Under the pieces are notes generated by a model. That model worked only from the letters and a program-made list of their open reading frames with translations. It searched no databases and had not been told where the DNA came from. A stretch of 50,316 nt of DNA from Octopus bimaculoides (lineage: Eukaryota): contig NC_068989.1 in the NCBI RefSeq assembly GCF_001194135.2, positions 54,096,974 to 54,147,289 on the forward strand. Direction: 5' to 3'. This document shows positions 1-11,063 of this stretch, one piece after another (positions within the stretch are counted from its first letter, which is position 1; each line of letters opens with the position of its first letter). A program made the position numbers and the translations under genes.

Positions 1-112
1 AAAAGCTCTACTTTGTAATTTGTCCATTTTCTGTATTTAGCCCTGTGTGGCTATAATAAAAAGATATCTATCTATCTACAGGTTCACACCCACACGCATA
101 TATACATACATC

Positions 113-146
113 TGTATGGTGTGTGTGTGCATGCGTGCGTGTATGT

Positions 147-187
<41 letters not shown>

Positions 188-198
188 TGTGTGTGTGT
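113..198. repeat. (TG)n microsatellite
   Basis: Direct dinucleotide run with a few interruptions. Confidence 0.95.
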
Positions 199-744
199 TA
201 CATTACGGTATTATATTAAGGCAAGTTTAAGTATAACAACGAGACATTTAATGATGGTATGAAGTGGAAACAATACTTCGACGTGAGACAAATTTATTTG
301 TGAAATTCGATTGACTGACAGAGAATATGCCATTAGGCCTAACCTAATCTCTCACCCTACGCAAATTATGATAGACTATATATATATTAAGAATGAAGAA
401 AATCACATCTGTAATTGATGATTACACCCTATATTACCGAAGATCATTTCAAAAGGACCAGCATATCCAGATAGAGAAAGAAGGCTCACAATACCAGTCA
501 AATTAATATACCCGAAAATATGTGCTAAGACAACATTATCAAGGCAATCCAAAATTAAGTTCAAATTGAACTAAGAAAATATGCCTGATTATGGTTGCTT
601 AATCTACAGTAATCACTGGCCATGTCGCGGTTCACCTATCGCGTTTATTGTTCAAGCATACGTCGATTCCTCCGTGGTGTTGTTTTGCATTTATAACAAA
701 ATAAATATATACAAATTATAAGAATAATTTTTAAAAATATACTG

Positions 745-861
745 TTTCTATAGCAGGATTATTCATTTTTGCCAGTTGCGTAGAGTGACGAGTCCGAAAA
801 TCGCGTCCATTACTCATGATCATGAGTGCAACACGCTAGCCACTAAACCACGCGCCTGCAC
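745..861 (-). mobile_element. Internally deleted tRNA-derived SINE
   Basis: The minus strand starts GCAGGCGCGTGGTTTAGTGG (A-box-like head) and ends CTGGCAAAAATGAATAAT, a segment shared with the SINEs at 6607 and 40711. Confidence 0.7.
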
Positions 862-870
862 GCACAGATG

Positions 871-1389
871 TATTGGGTCATCCCATAAATAATGTTTTTT
901 TTTATACTTCTTTTATTTTTAAAAATTAAGATAAACAAGGTTCTTTTTTAATCTAAAATATTCTCTCCTTCATTTTCTAGAATGCTCTTCCATCTATCTG
1001 GTAGACTTGAAAGGTTCGTTTTCCAAAATTCACTCGTCTGTGTCAAAAATACGCCTCCAGTACTGTTCTAATCTCGTCTACAGAATTCATATTTTTTCCG
1101 TCCAAATGACTTTGAAGACTGCGGAATAAATGATAATCAGATGGAGCAATGTCCGGCAAATATGGTGGGTGGGGCATCATTTCCCATTCAAACTACTCCA
1201 GCCTTTCGAATGTCATCCTCGCTGTATTGAAGACTTTCTTTAGCCTTGGGTGCCGGGGTTTCTCCTTTCCCTACCCACTGTTTTCGGCGCTTGACATTTT
1301 TATGCAGAACCCATTTCTCGTCACCTGTCCTTATTCGGTCCAAAAAAGGTTCGTTCGTGAAACGCGACAGCAAAGAAGTGCACATATTC
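871..1389 (-). mobile_element. Mariner transposase relic (3' part with TIR)
   Basis: ORF 1188-1391 reads CTSLLSRFTNEPFLDRIRTGDEKWVLHKNVKRRKQW, containing the mariner TGDEKW motif. A TIR-like end TATTGGGTCATCCCATAAATAATG lies at 871. The sequence is frameshifted and degraded. Confidence 0.9.
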
Positions 1390-1395
1390 AATGTA

Positions 1396-1623
1396 CAGAA
1401 ACTTACAGCTGTTTCGGCCTAGCGTTGGCATGCCCCATTCTATCTCTATAGCTCCTGTGCGCCGGAGTAATTAGCAGATGAAGATGATGTAATGAGTACA
1501 TGCATGATTCGCTAGGCCTACCCCCATTACATCATTTTCATCTGCTAATTCCTCCGGTACACAGGAGCTATAGAGATAGAATCGGGCATGCCAACGCTAG
1601 GCCGAATCAGCTGTAAGTTCCTG
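1396..1623. mobile_element. Tc1/mariner-type MITE, almost wholly palindromic (arms about 100 bp, 30 nt spacer)
   Basis: CAG...CTG ends are flanked by TA at 1394-95 and 1624-25. The arms 1396-1494 and 1525-1623 are reverse complements with few mismatches. Confidence 0.85.
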
Positions 1624-2689
1624 TACATTCTCCAATTGCTAAATGTACTTTATATTTGTAACCTTAATTGTTAATATGACATAGTATGTCATAAGCATCT
1701 GTATATTGTGTTTTTTGTCATTTTAGTTATAAAATAAACTAATTAATCAACGGAATACATTGTCTGCAAGTCGATGGATACCGCATATTCTCCTCCATTT
1801 TCTCATTGCTATATATNNNNNNNNNNNNNNNNNNNNNNNNNNNNNNNNNNNNNNNNNNNNNNNNNNNNNNNNNNNNNNNNNNNNNNNNNNNNNNNNNNNN
1901 NNNNNNNNNNNNNNNNNNNNNNNNNNNNNNNNNNNNNNNNNNNNNNNNNNNNNNNNNNNNNNNNNNNNNNNNNNNNNNNNNNNNNNNNNNNNNNNNNNNN
2001 NNNNNNNNNNNNNNNNNNNNNNNNNNNNNNNNNNNNNNNNNNNNNNNNNNNNNNNNNNNNNNNNNNNNNNNNNNNNNNNNNNNNNNNNNNNNNNNNNNNN
2101 NNNNNNNNNNNNNNNNNNNNNNNNNNNNNNNNNNNNNNNNNNNNNNNNNNNNNNNNNNNNNNNNNNNNNNNNNNNNNNNNNNNNNNNNNNNNNNNNNNNN
2201 NNNNNNNNNNNNNNNNNNNNNNNNNNNNNNNNNNNNNNNNNNNNNNNNNNNNNNNNNNNNNNNNNNNNNNNNNNNNNNNNNNNNNNNNNNNNNNNNNNNN
2301 NNNNNNNNNNNNNNNNNNNNNNNNNNNNNNNNNNNNNNNNNNNNNNNNNNNNNNNNNNNNNNNNNNNNNNNNNNNNNNNNNNNNNNNNNNNNNNNNNNNN
2401 NNNNNNNNNNNNNNNNNNNNNNNNNNNNNNNNNNNNNNNNNNNNNNNNNNNNNNNNNNNNNNNNNNNNNNNNNNNNNNNNNNNNNNNNNNNNNNNNNNNN
2501 NNNNNNNNNNNNNNNNNNNNNNNNNNNNNNNNNNNNNNNNNNNNNNNNNNNNNNNNNNNNNNNNNNNNNNNNNNNNNNNNNNNNNNNNNNNNNNNNNNNN
2601 NCAATAATGTAATAATACAAAGAATATATATACATGTATACACACATATATGTACATACTTACATCTACATGTGTATATACATGCATAT

Positions 2690-2870
2690 CAGGGTACAGG
2701 ACGTTAGAACAATAAACTACAGACAACGGAACGAACACATAGGAAAACGGAAAGCCCCTTGGAATATCCCTTCATCAGCTGTCTCTATTCTATCCAGACG
2801 TTTCGAAGACCAGACAGGACGTACTCTAGAATAGTCTCTTCCTGAGTAGTGGATCAACCAACTACACAGA
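2690..2870 (-). mobile_element. Penelope-like terminal-repeat fragment with degenerate hammerhead-like motifs
   Basis: The minus strand has CTCAGGAAGAGAC...GTCTTCGAAACGTC followed by a second CTGATGAAGGG. These CTGAnGA/CGAAACGTC signatures are typical of Penelope-like repeats. Confidence 0.5.
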
Positions 2871-2899
2871 GGATTCCAAGGTGGCGACGAACTTCCTTG

Positions 2900-2981
2900 T
2901 TTCCGTCTACCAAAGACTGAACCCCCGGATCCATGTGATTGGGAAGCAAGCTTCTTACTACACAGCCACGCCTGCACCTAT
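2900..2981 (-). mobile_element. 5' fragment of a tRNA-derived SINE (same family as 11064-11460)
   Basis: The minus strand reads GCAGGCGTGGCTGTGTAGTAAGAAGCTTGCTTCCCAATCACATGG, matching the head of the 11064-11460 copy. Confidence 0.75.
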
Positions 2982-2993
2982 GTGTGTGTGTGT

Positions 2994-3030
<37 letters not shown>

Positions 3031-3145
3031 TATGTGTGTGTGTGTGTGCGTGCATTTGTGTGTGTATGAATGTATGTAAGTATGTATGTATGTATGTATG
3101 TATGTAAGTATGTATGTATGTAAGTTTGTATGTAAGTCTGTATTA
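2981..3145. repeat. (TG)n plus (GTAT)n compound microsatellite
   Basis: Direct repeats. Confidence 0.95.
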
Positions 3146-3959
3146 ACACGTAACTAAAGGAATTTATGCACTTATGTGTCTCTCTTACGCAACGTTTGTC
3201 AAAGATTAATCAAAACATCATTATAAAATCATTAATAATCTCTGTGTCTCCCCCCTCTCTTCTCACCTAGTCCTTTTCTTATCCTCTCTACACCACTTAA
3301 CTTAATTTTACTCACCCTCTCTGCATACTCTATCTCTTTAATCCATTTCCTTTTCTTTTCTCTTTCAGTGAGTCTCATATTCTCTATATCTACATTATAC
3401 TTTAATCTCTCTCGGTATATACCTATATTATATCTTAATCTCGCCCTCTGTTTGTTGCTTTCTCTTTACTCGTCTCTATGTCCCCCTCATGTACTTTCTC
3501 TCCACTTTGTTAATCTATTCCATGTTATATTTGTTTAGACAACGTTATACTTGCATTTATGACGGATTAAAACCCTCCTTTAATCATTTATATATATATA
3601 TATATATATATATATNNNNNNNNNNNNNNNNNNNNNNNNNNNNNNNNNNNNNNNNNNNNNNNNNNNNNNNNNNNNNNNNNNNNNNNNNNNNNNNNNNNNN
3701 NNNNNNNNNNNNNNNNNNNNNNNNNNNNNNNNNNNNNNNNNNNNNNNNNNNNNNNNNNNNNNNNNNNNNNNNNNNNNNNNNNNNNNNNNNNNNNNNNNNN
3801 NNNNNNTATTTCACACACTACTATCCATTCATCCATCCATTCATCCAACCTTTCTTCCTTCCTTCCTTCCTTCCTTTCTTCTTTATCTAGGTGGACGTGT
3901 TTTACGCCCATGAAACTTTAAGTAATGTGGAGCTGAGTCAAAATGTCCTTAATTAAATA

Positions 3960-4206
3960 GACTTTCTGTTAAAAGCACAAGGCTTGAAAATTTGAGCAAG
4001 GGACAAGTTGATTACATCGAACCCAGTGTTTTACTGGTACTTACTTTATCGACCCCGAAAGGATGAAAGGCAAAGTCGACCTCGGCGGAATTTGAACTCA
4101 GAACGCGACGACAGACGAAATACCACTAAGCATTGTGCTAACGATTCTTTGCTAATGATTCTGTGCTAACGATTCTGTGCTAACGATTCTGCCAGCTCGC
4201 CGCTTT
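3960..4206 (-). mobile_element. SINE (GGCGAGCTGGCAGAA-head family) with a 16-bp TSD
   Basis: TSD TGTCCTTAATTAAATA at 3944-3959 and 4207-4222. Conserved core TTCTGAGTTCAAATTCCGCCGAGGTCGACTTTGCCTTTCATCCTTTCGGGGTCGATAAA. Internal tandem expansion of TGCTAACGATTCT. Confidence 0.92.
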
Positions 4207-4299
4207 TGTCCTTAATTAAATATACACAAGAGATGTATCACCACACACATCTCGTGTCTTCGTTCAAGGGAGCAGAGCTGCAATTCTTTCAGTCTCTTC

Positions 4300-4680
4300 T
4301 AGTAGCTCAAGTGTTGGTGTAGCATTACTGAACTGCCTCGAGTCCCGCTATTAAATTGGCACTGAGGGGTCACCATAGTTCGCACTTTTCCAGGCGTCTA
4401 AGAACAAAAGTCCTGCATACGACCACCTTAGATTTGATGTCCCTTTTTTCAAAAAGTTCTCAGAATCTATCCGGCCATTCGCCTGCACATTACAATTATC
4501 TTGGTGATATGTACATGAATTGAGGCATCGTTTTTTATATCAATCTCCAGGCACCGCAGTGTCCTCCACTTTGTGATTGCAGCTCCTTTTATTCCAAAGT
4601 GGCAAAAGGTGGTTGATAGCGGAGGGCTTGGAATTTTCCTTCATTAAATTGCATAGTTTTCCTCTTCCTCCCAAGTTTGG
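4300..4680 (-). mobile_element. CR1/L2-like LINE reverse transcriptase C-terminal relic
   Basis: Minus-strand translation across frameshifts gives MQFNEGKFQALRY...HVHITKIIVMCRRMAG*ILRTF...RTFVLRRLEKCELW*PLSANLIAGLEAVQ. This resembles the CR1/L2 pattern (ILRTF...SRLDYCSQLWSP...LEAIQR). Confidence 0.75.
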
Positions 4681-5179
4681 TTTTATATAGATTACTATAT
4701 CCTCTACGATAGAAGAGGGGGTACCAAACAGTTCTTGGCTTCGTGTAAAAGAAAATACAGGAGGATCAGTTAATTGTGATTTTATTCATTATATTCCCCG
4801 CTCAGATCCACATACTCATTGCAGCAGCCCTTCAGATTTTCTAAGCCCTGTGAAAGAACTCGGAAGGTTGCGGGTCCAACTAGGCCTTTCGCGAAACCCT
4901 TACAGCTAGGTTCTTTTCAGCACTCCCTCGTAAATAAAGAATAACTTACATAGGGAGCCTAAAGTCTCGAAGTAAACCTGAGATGTTGACAGAGATTGAC
5001 AGTATATTTGAGGTACTGTTTCTGAGACGTTTGTCTTGGCAGGAGAGCTGTTGTGCTAGATTCAATAATAATATGACCTTTGGACGAGAGTGAGGCACAG
5101 AGAGAGCGACAGACAAACAGAGAGACAGAAGAAAAGTTGATAGAACTGACAGACCTAATGATAAAGCACCCAAAACATT

Positions 5180-5202
5180 ATATGTATGTATATATATATA
5201 TC

Positions 5203-5245
<43 letters not shown>

Positions 5246-5248
5246 ATG

Positions 5249-5280
<32 letters not shown>

Positions 5281-5295
5281 CATATACGCATGTAT

Positions 5296-5338
<43 letters not shown>

Positions 5339-5516
5339 TATACATGTATACATACATATATATATATACACACACATATATGTATATATGTATATGCATA
5401 CATATATATGTAAGTATATATACATATGTACGTATGATAACATACATTCATACATATATGCATGTGTGTGTATATTTATATATATATATATATATAGAGA
5501 TATATATATGTGTGTG

Positions 5517-5573
<57 letters not shown>

Positions 5574-5620
5574 GTATGTATATATGTATGTATGTATTTA
5601 TGTATGTAAGTATGTGTGTG
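5180..5620. repeat. Compound (TA)n/(TG)n/(TACA)n microsatellite field
   Basis: Direct repeats; source of the spurious YI/CV ORFs. Confidence 0.95.
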
Positions 5621-6219
5621 TTAGTGAACGAGTTAGAAATAGGAAAGGGGAGAGTGAAGTGGGAGATAATGAGAAATGTCGAATGAAGTGTTAGATCGGT
5701 AAATTTATTTTAGTTAAGCCTTGTCTAAGTTAGACAGGTTTAAACAAGTAAACATAGCTTACCCTTACTTTACTTACTCATTGGATTAAGTTTTTGATAT
5801 ACATAACGACCAACGAGTATTAACTTAAACAATAACATTAACCGAGGCAACAACAACAACAACAGCAACTACTACCACCACCACCACCACCACCACCACT
5901 ACTAGAGTGAAACACCCTGTGCCACTTGTACAGATAATTTTAGAAAGAGGTGAACAAGAACAGGATGTTATACAAACAATAGAAATAATTAACATTTATT
6001 TATCTGCCACAAGGGGGTCGGATGGAGAGACATTACAAAAGATTTTGTATAAATGGTGACTGTTTTAGAGCGAGTTTGAGGGAAACGGTCATGAAAGCCA
6101 ATATAAACATTATATCTAATGAGACCTAGGCCTTTTCTGAATATCAAACACACCCCCCCACATTACTTGGGCTAACGGAAGGGGCCGTAAACCTTTAACC
6201 GAGTCGAATATCTTATTCT

Positions 6220-6454
6220 TATTTCTTTATTGCCCACAAGGGGCTAAATATAGAGGGGACAAACAAGGATAGACAAATGGATTAAGTCGATCACATCGAC
6301 CCCACTATTTGACTGACACTTAATTTATCGACCCCGAAAGGATGAAAGGCTAAGTCGACCTCGGCGGAATTTGAACTCAGAATGTAACGGCAGACGAAAT
6401 ACCACTAAGCATTTCGCCCGGCACGCTAACGTTTCTGCCAGCTCGCCGCCTTAA
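6220..6454 (-). mobile_element. SINE (GGCGAGCTGGCAGAA-head family) with a 16-bp TSD and an alternative tail
   Basis: TSD TCGAATATCTTATTCT at 6204-6219 and 6455-6470. The core matches the 3960 copy but the 3' tail differs. Confidence 0.92.
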
Positions 6455-6606
6455 TCGAATATCTTATTCTAGCAGATGCAATTACATATTAACAAAATTC
6501 TATACAAATCTTTGTGCCTTGAATAGCTAATTGTATTTTTTAAAAGAATTAGAGCAAGAGCAACAGTACCAGTAGGTTCCCAAGATAGGTAAAGTAAGGT
6601 AAAGTT

Positions 6607-6853
6607 ATCTTCTCGAATCATGCCAATTCACAAGGGCCGGTTTCCGGTTTCCCGATTTCATGGCGTATATATTCCGCACCTGGACGGGACACCTGTCCGT
6701 TGCAAGATTAATCATTTTTGCCAGCTGAGTGGACAGGAGCAACGTGAAATTAAGTGTTTTGCCCAAGAACGCGTTGCCCGGTCTTGGAATTGAAACCACA
6801 GTTTTATACGATAATGAGTCTAATACCTTAACTGGTAATCCACGCGCCTCCAC
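6607..6853 (-). mobile_element. tRNA-derived CORE-like SINE (body A, tail 1)
   Basis: Head GTGGAGGCGCGTGG; body CTTGGGCAAAACACTTAATTTCACGTTGCTCCTGTCCACTCAGCTGGCAAAAATGA; tail GGACAGGTGTCCCGTCCAG...TACGCCATGAAA. Confidence 0.85.
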
Positions 6854-6879
6854 AGAAGCATAGACCACGGATCAGAGCA

Positions 6880-7100
6880 GCTGCTACCGTTCTTGCGCTT
6901 CTGATGATGATGCTGTTCTACTAATTCAACAAAGGTCTCAGTTGCAATGACAGCATAAAGAAAATGATGTGAACTCTTTTTCATGCTCATAACCTCTAGT
7001 AGTTTAGGGGTTGGGGCAACCATTATTACAGTAAATGCCTCCATCTCCATTCCAGACTCTATTGGAAGTCTCATTCGACGTTTCAGTCATCATATTGTGC
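6880..7100 (+). mobile_element. Possible RTE-like RT relic (around the ADD motif)
   Basis: The plus frame ASDDDAVLLIQQRSQLQ* resembles the RTE pattern FADDAALL...LQ. It is short and degenerate. Confidence 0.3.
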
Positions 7101-7535
7101 TGATGGGAAGGAAATTGAACTTACGTATAGGCTTCAGGGTAGGGAGAAAATAGTGCCCCAAAGGAGTTGATGAAGGTTAAAAACTCGGTACTTGACAGCT
7201 GTCTGCAGAGACTTTATCAGCATAAAAGAGCACCTAAAGGAGAGTGAAAAGAAGGAAGTACTTTGCTGATACATGTGAAATTCACATTCTGAGTTCAAAT
7301 CCTACTGGCATCAAACTTCTTTTTCATTCTTCCACGTTGGTAAAATAAAGTACATGTCAAGCATTTTATTAATTATATATCTATAACTCAAACTCAGGAC
7401 TTATTTTTTGTAATCCTAGTACTTATTTTATCGGTCTTTTTGCCGAACTGCTAAGATACGGAGACATAAACACACCAGCATTGGTTATCAGCTGATAGGG
7501 TGGGAGTGGGGGACGCAGACACGCACATAAATATA

Positions 7536-8353
7536 CAGGATACGGTGAACAAACTGTCGTCTAAATTACGCAAAAATGAAAATAAAACTGAAATCTTATT
7601 TTAACAGATATATTTACCAAAGTTACATAAAAACATATTGAAATACTAAACAGTAAAGCTATTCAATAAAAAATCGCCATTAGCTTCAACCACGGCCTCC
7701 AGACGACTTCAGAATCTCCTGCAACTCTTCTGGAAGGTTTCCTTGTTTAAGTCGGTGAAGGTTGCCATAATCCTTGCCTTTAGTTCATCTTTGATGTAAC
7801 AAAGAGTTTTGTTGGTCTCCCGCTCAACTGCATCCCATACATAATAATCAAGAGGACTTGCAGCCTGAAGGGTTAGGTGACCAGATGTTAGGGTGATGTG
7901 GAAGCAGAAATTGTCTGACAGCCATGACTGAGTTCTGCGTGCGTGGCATGGTGCAGAGACCGGTTTCCAGATATAGGGTCTTCCAGAAAGTCACCCGCTT
8001 GATCCAGGGCAGCACTACCTCCTCCAAGCACTTGATGTAGCCCACCGTATTGTGTTTGAGGCCGTGTGGGACGATGAATGGAGGCATAACGTCGCTATTA
8101 CTAGTGATCACTCCAAATACCATGATGTTGACTGGATGTTTGGTTCTTATCACCCTCGGTACATGTCCTCAGTTGGAGACCCAAACACTCATAAATGTTC
8201 GTATTGGAGCTTCCGGTGCGAATGGTGCTGTTTTCTTCACAAACGGTGTCCAACTGATCCTACTATACTGTGTAGTTGATAACATTTTAAAAAACTATGC
8301 GCATGCGCGAAATTTAAAATATTAAAGGGTGACAGTCTAGCCTTCGCACCCTG
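7536..8353 (-). mobile_element. Internally deleted Tc1/mariner element, DD37D (maT)-like
   Basis: Imperfect CAGG...CCTG ends flanked by TA. The minus strand encodes RTKHPVNIMVFGVITSNSDVMPPFI...CLEEVVLPWIKRV and, after frameshifts, IWSPNPSGC/PLDYYVWDAVERETNK, typical of DD37D transposases. Confidence 0.85.
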
Positions 8354-8375
8354 TATACATATACGTGTGTGTATA

Positions 8376-8412
<37 letters not shown>

Positions 8413-8414
<2 letters not shown>

Positions 8415-8536
8415 GACTGGGTTCTTTCAGTTTCCGTCAACGAAATCCATTCACAAGGCTTTTGTTGGCCTTAGGCTATAGTAGACTGAACCCGGAACCA
8501 TGTAGTTGGGAAGTAAGCATCTCACCACACGCCTGC
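8413..8536 (-). mobile_element. 5' part of a tRNA-derived SINE (11064 family)
   Basis: The minus strand reads GCAGGCGTGTGGTGAGATGCTTACTTCCCAACTACATGGTTCCGGGTTCAG...GACGGAAACTGAAAGAA. Confidence 0.8.
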
Positions 8537-8787
8537 AAATGAATGTGGGATATAGAATATGGAATATATAACATATAATATAAAAATGGATGGTACAATG
8601 AAATGAAATATTGAGTGTCCAATACAAAGGATTAAATATATAAAGGCGAATACGTATTTTCAATACCTTGTGGTATTCATCATGGCCGGTATCTGACAGA
8701 CTGTAACAGTCTGTTACAGTCTGTCAGATACCATCCATTTTTATATTATATATTATATATTCCATATTCTATATCCCACATTAATTT
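8537..8787. repeat. Nested inverted repeat (outer arms about 55 bp, inner 45-bp palindrome)
   Basis: 8542-8595 is the reverse complement of 8729-8782. The inner GGTATCTGACAGACTGTAACAG-T-CTGTTACAGTCTGTCAGATACC at 8688-8732 is perfect around one central base. Confidence 0.9.
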
Positions 8788-8946
8788 TACAAGAATATAA
8801 ATAAAACATAAAAAACAGACAGAGTTGGAACTCTTTTAAATAAAATAATATATTCCTCTATACACGATCATACAAAACCCTTTTTTTGTATTTATTTTTA
8901 CTCACCCCCCCCCCCCACACACACGCACATATATATATATATATAA

Positions 8947-9552
8947 TAAATCTCTGAGCGAGATGTAAACAGTAGCAGAACGACATCGTGAAGTATATTT
9001 GCCACCTAAATATGGCTGACCCAAATGCTACTGTAGTTAGTTTATAGCGCCAGGAAGATATTTCCTCCAGCTGGATAACAAACGACACACACTCTGTGCC
9101 CGATCAGTATTTGCAAAGGGAAAATATCGCACCCAACTCTAGCCTTACGTGATACACACGGATCCGGGTTTCTGGGTAGTAACCCGCTATCAGCGTGTGC
9201 ACGATGGCGTGCTGCTAGTTTACTTCTCGCTCAGGGATTTACTACTCCTTGTTTTTCGTTTTTCGAGATCAGTGACTGTTGTCATTGCGAAAAGCATATA
9301 GTATTTTGCGTTCGGAATCACTTCTCATCCCTAGCCGGTGAATGTCACACGCTGACGACGGTCACTACCGAGAAACTCGCGTCCTTGTGTATCACGTAAG
9401 GCTAGTGATAGGAACGATGATTTCTCTTCGCAAATACTGATCGGCCACAGACAGTGTGTCGTTAGTCAGCTGGAGGAAATGTCTTCCTGAGGCTATAAAC
9501 TACAATAGCATCGTCCCATATGATCCAGCTACATTTAGGTGGCAACTATACT

Positions 9553-9556
<4 letters not shown>
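8947..9556. mobile_element. Fold-back MITE-like element with about 215-bp imperfect arms and an extra inverted segment
   Basis: 8988-9203 pairs with 9344-9556. In addition, 8947-8990 is the reverse complement of 9200-9241. Confidence 0.75.
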
Positions 9557-9583
<27 letters not shown>

Positions 9584-9753
9584 NNNNNNNNNNNNNNNNN
9601 NNNNNNNNNNNNNNNNNNNNNNNNNNNNNNNNNNNNNNNNNNNNNNNNNNNNNNNNNNNNNNNNNNNNNNNNNNNNNNNNNNNNNNNNNNNNNNNNNNNN
9701 NNNNNNNNNTATGTATGTATGTATGTATGCATGCATGCATGTATGTATGTATG

Positions 9754-9793
<40 letters not shown>

Positions 9794-10429
9794 GGGCGTG
9801 AGTGTGCGAGAAATTGAGAAAGAGAGAAGTTGCAGGAGTGTAAGTGGTTAGAAGTGTGCTTTCCAACCACATGATTCAGATTCTGTCTCACAGCGTGGCG
9901 ATTAGGAAAAGTGTATTCTACATTAGCTCCGGTTAGATCTAAGTTTCCAGTATTCCGCAAACACATGTCTGGTCATGAGGAAGTCTAACCTTAGTAGGAT
10001 AGAGGTGAGGGATGGTTATTGGTGAGAACAACGACAACAGCTGTTAGTCAACGGATAATACAAATGAGCGATGTGAATGAGTTCATAACTGAGCCAACAC
10101 TCTGTATCGTAACGGTGTGTTCGTGAGTCTAAAAGAAATATCAACATTATAATACATATTCTCTATGTCTTGCAAGGTGTAAATATGCCACAATTGGAAA
10201 TAAGACGTTTAAATATTAGTGGTGGAGGGGGTCTGGAAGTACAACAATCTGTCCCAAAAAGTAGGGAAATCGCTAGCTGTCCTCGTCAATTGGCGTTTAT
10301 CTAGCTCGCTATTTCGGCCCCTGTAGCCTATCCTTTCTAGTAATGAATCCTGCCCATCTCAAATGGCCAACAAAATTCTTAGAAAAAAATTGATTTAGAC
10401 TCTGGACACCTAAAGCCAGAACCTAAGAC

Positions 10430-10545
10430 AGCAGCAAGAATGGACATTTTGCTGGTACATAGGTTAACTCAGGTGAAAGACCATACATGCATGACATTAT
10501 ATAAAGAATATTTTCTCAAACAGGATGCCATATAAAAATAAAAAC
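10430..10545 (+). pseudogene. Possible degenerate C2H2 zinc-finger relic
   Basis: The frames give VHRLT followed by SGERPYMHDII*RIFSQTG, which aligns with the HTGEKPYxCDICGKSFSQ repeat. The Cys residues are lost and there is a stop codon. Confidence 0.3.
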
Positions 10546-11063
10546 CTATTTCCGAACTGGCTGAATAAATCGGGCATAAATGAAGCTGCAGAAATACCAG
10601 AATTTACCATGTTGGGGCAAGCCACCCCTAATTAATATATTATCAGAAATATACTCAATTCTTCATTACAGAATAGAAGAAGCTGCTTTCTCCAAAGAAT
10701 ATGCCATATTTTATAATGAAGCCAACACGAAACTCAATAAAATATTCTTAGAGACGCAGTAATTTAGCAAAGCTGCACTACATCACCTTATCACAAAATT
10801 TCAGTTGCTTCAAGTAAAACGTTACCCAGATACTTACATTAACCTGAACTTGTTCCAGAAAGTAAAACTGCGAAACTTTTATCTACATTTATCATACAAA
10901 CAACCATATAACATAATACCCCTGTTATCAATCTTCGCGACAGAAATGACAATCGTGTACTAATTAACCAATATTGCCATGCCAAAAGCAAAAAGCAAAA
11001 GTGACAACACAAGTGGCAAATACTTTTGATAAGAAAGACCTCATAGGACATTTGTGTGCAATT

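Noticed and set aside
4946-5694. YI/CV/HT-rich ORFs here and at 20459-21348, 32321-32836, 35443-36167 and 49893-50309
   Set aside because: They are translations of (TA)n/(TG)n microsatellites.
7070-7100. ATGATGA-CT-GAAAC-GTC on the minus strand; also CTGATGA-T-GAAAG at about 46400
   Set aside because: Neither has stem II or a proper stem I or cleavage triplet, so they cannot form a hammerhead.
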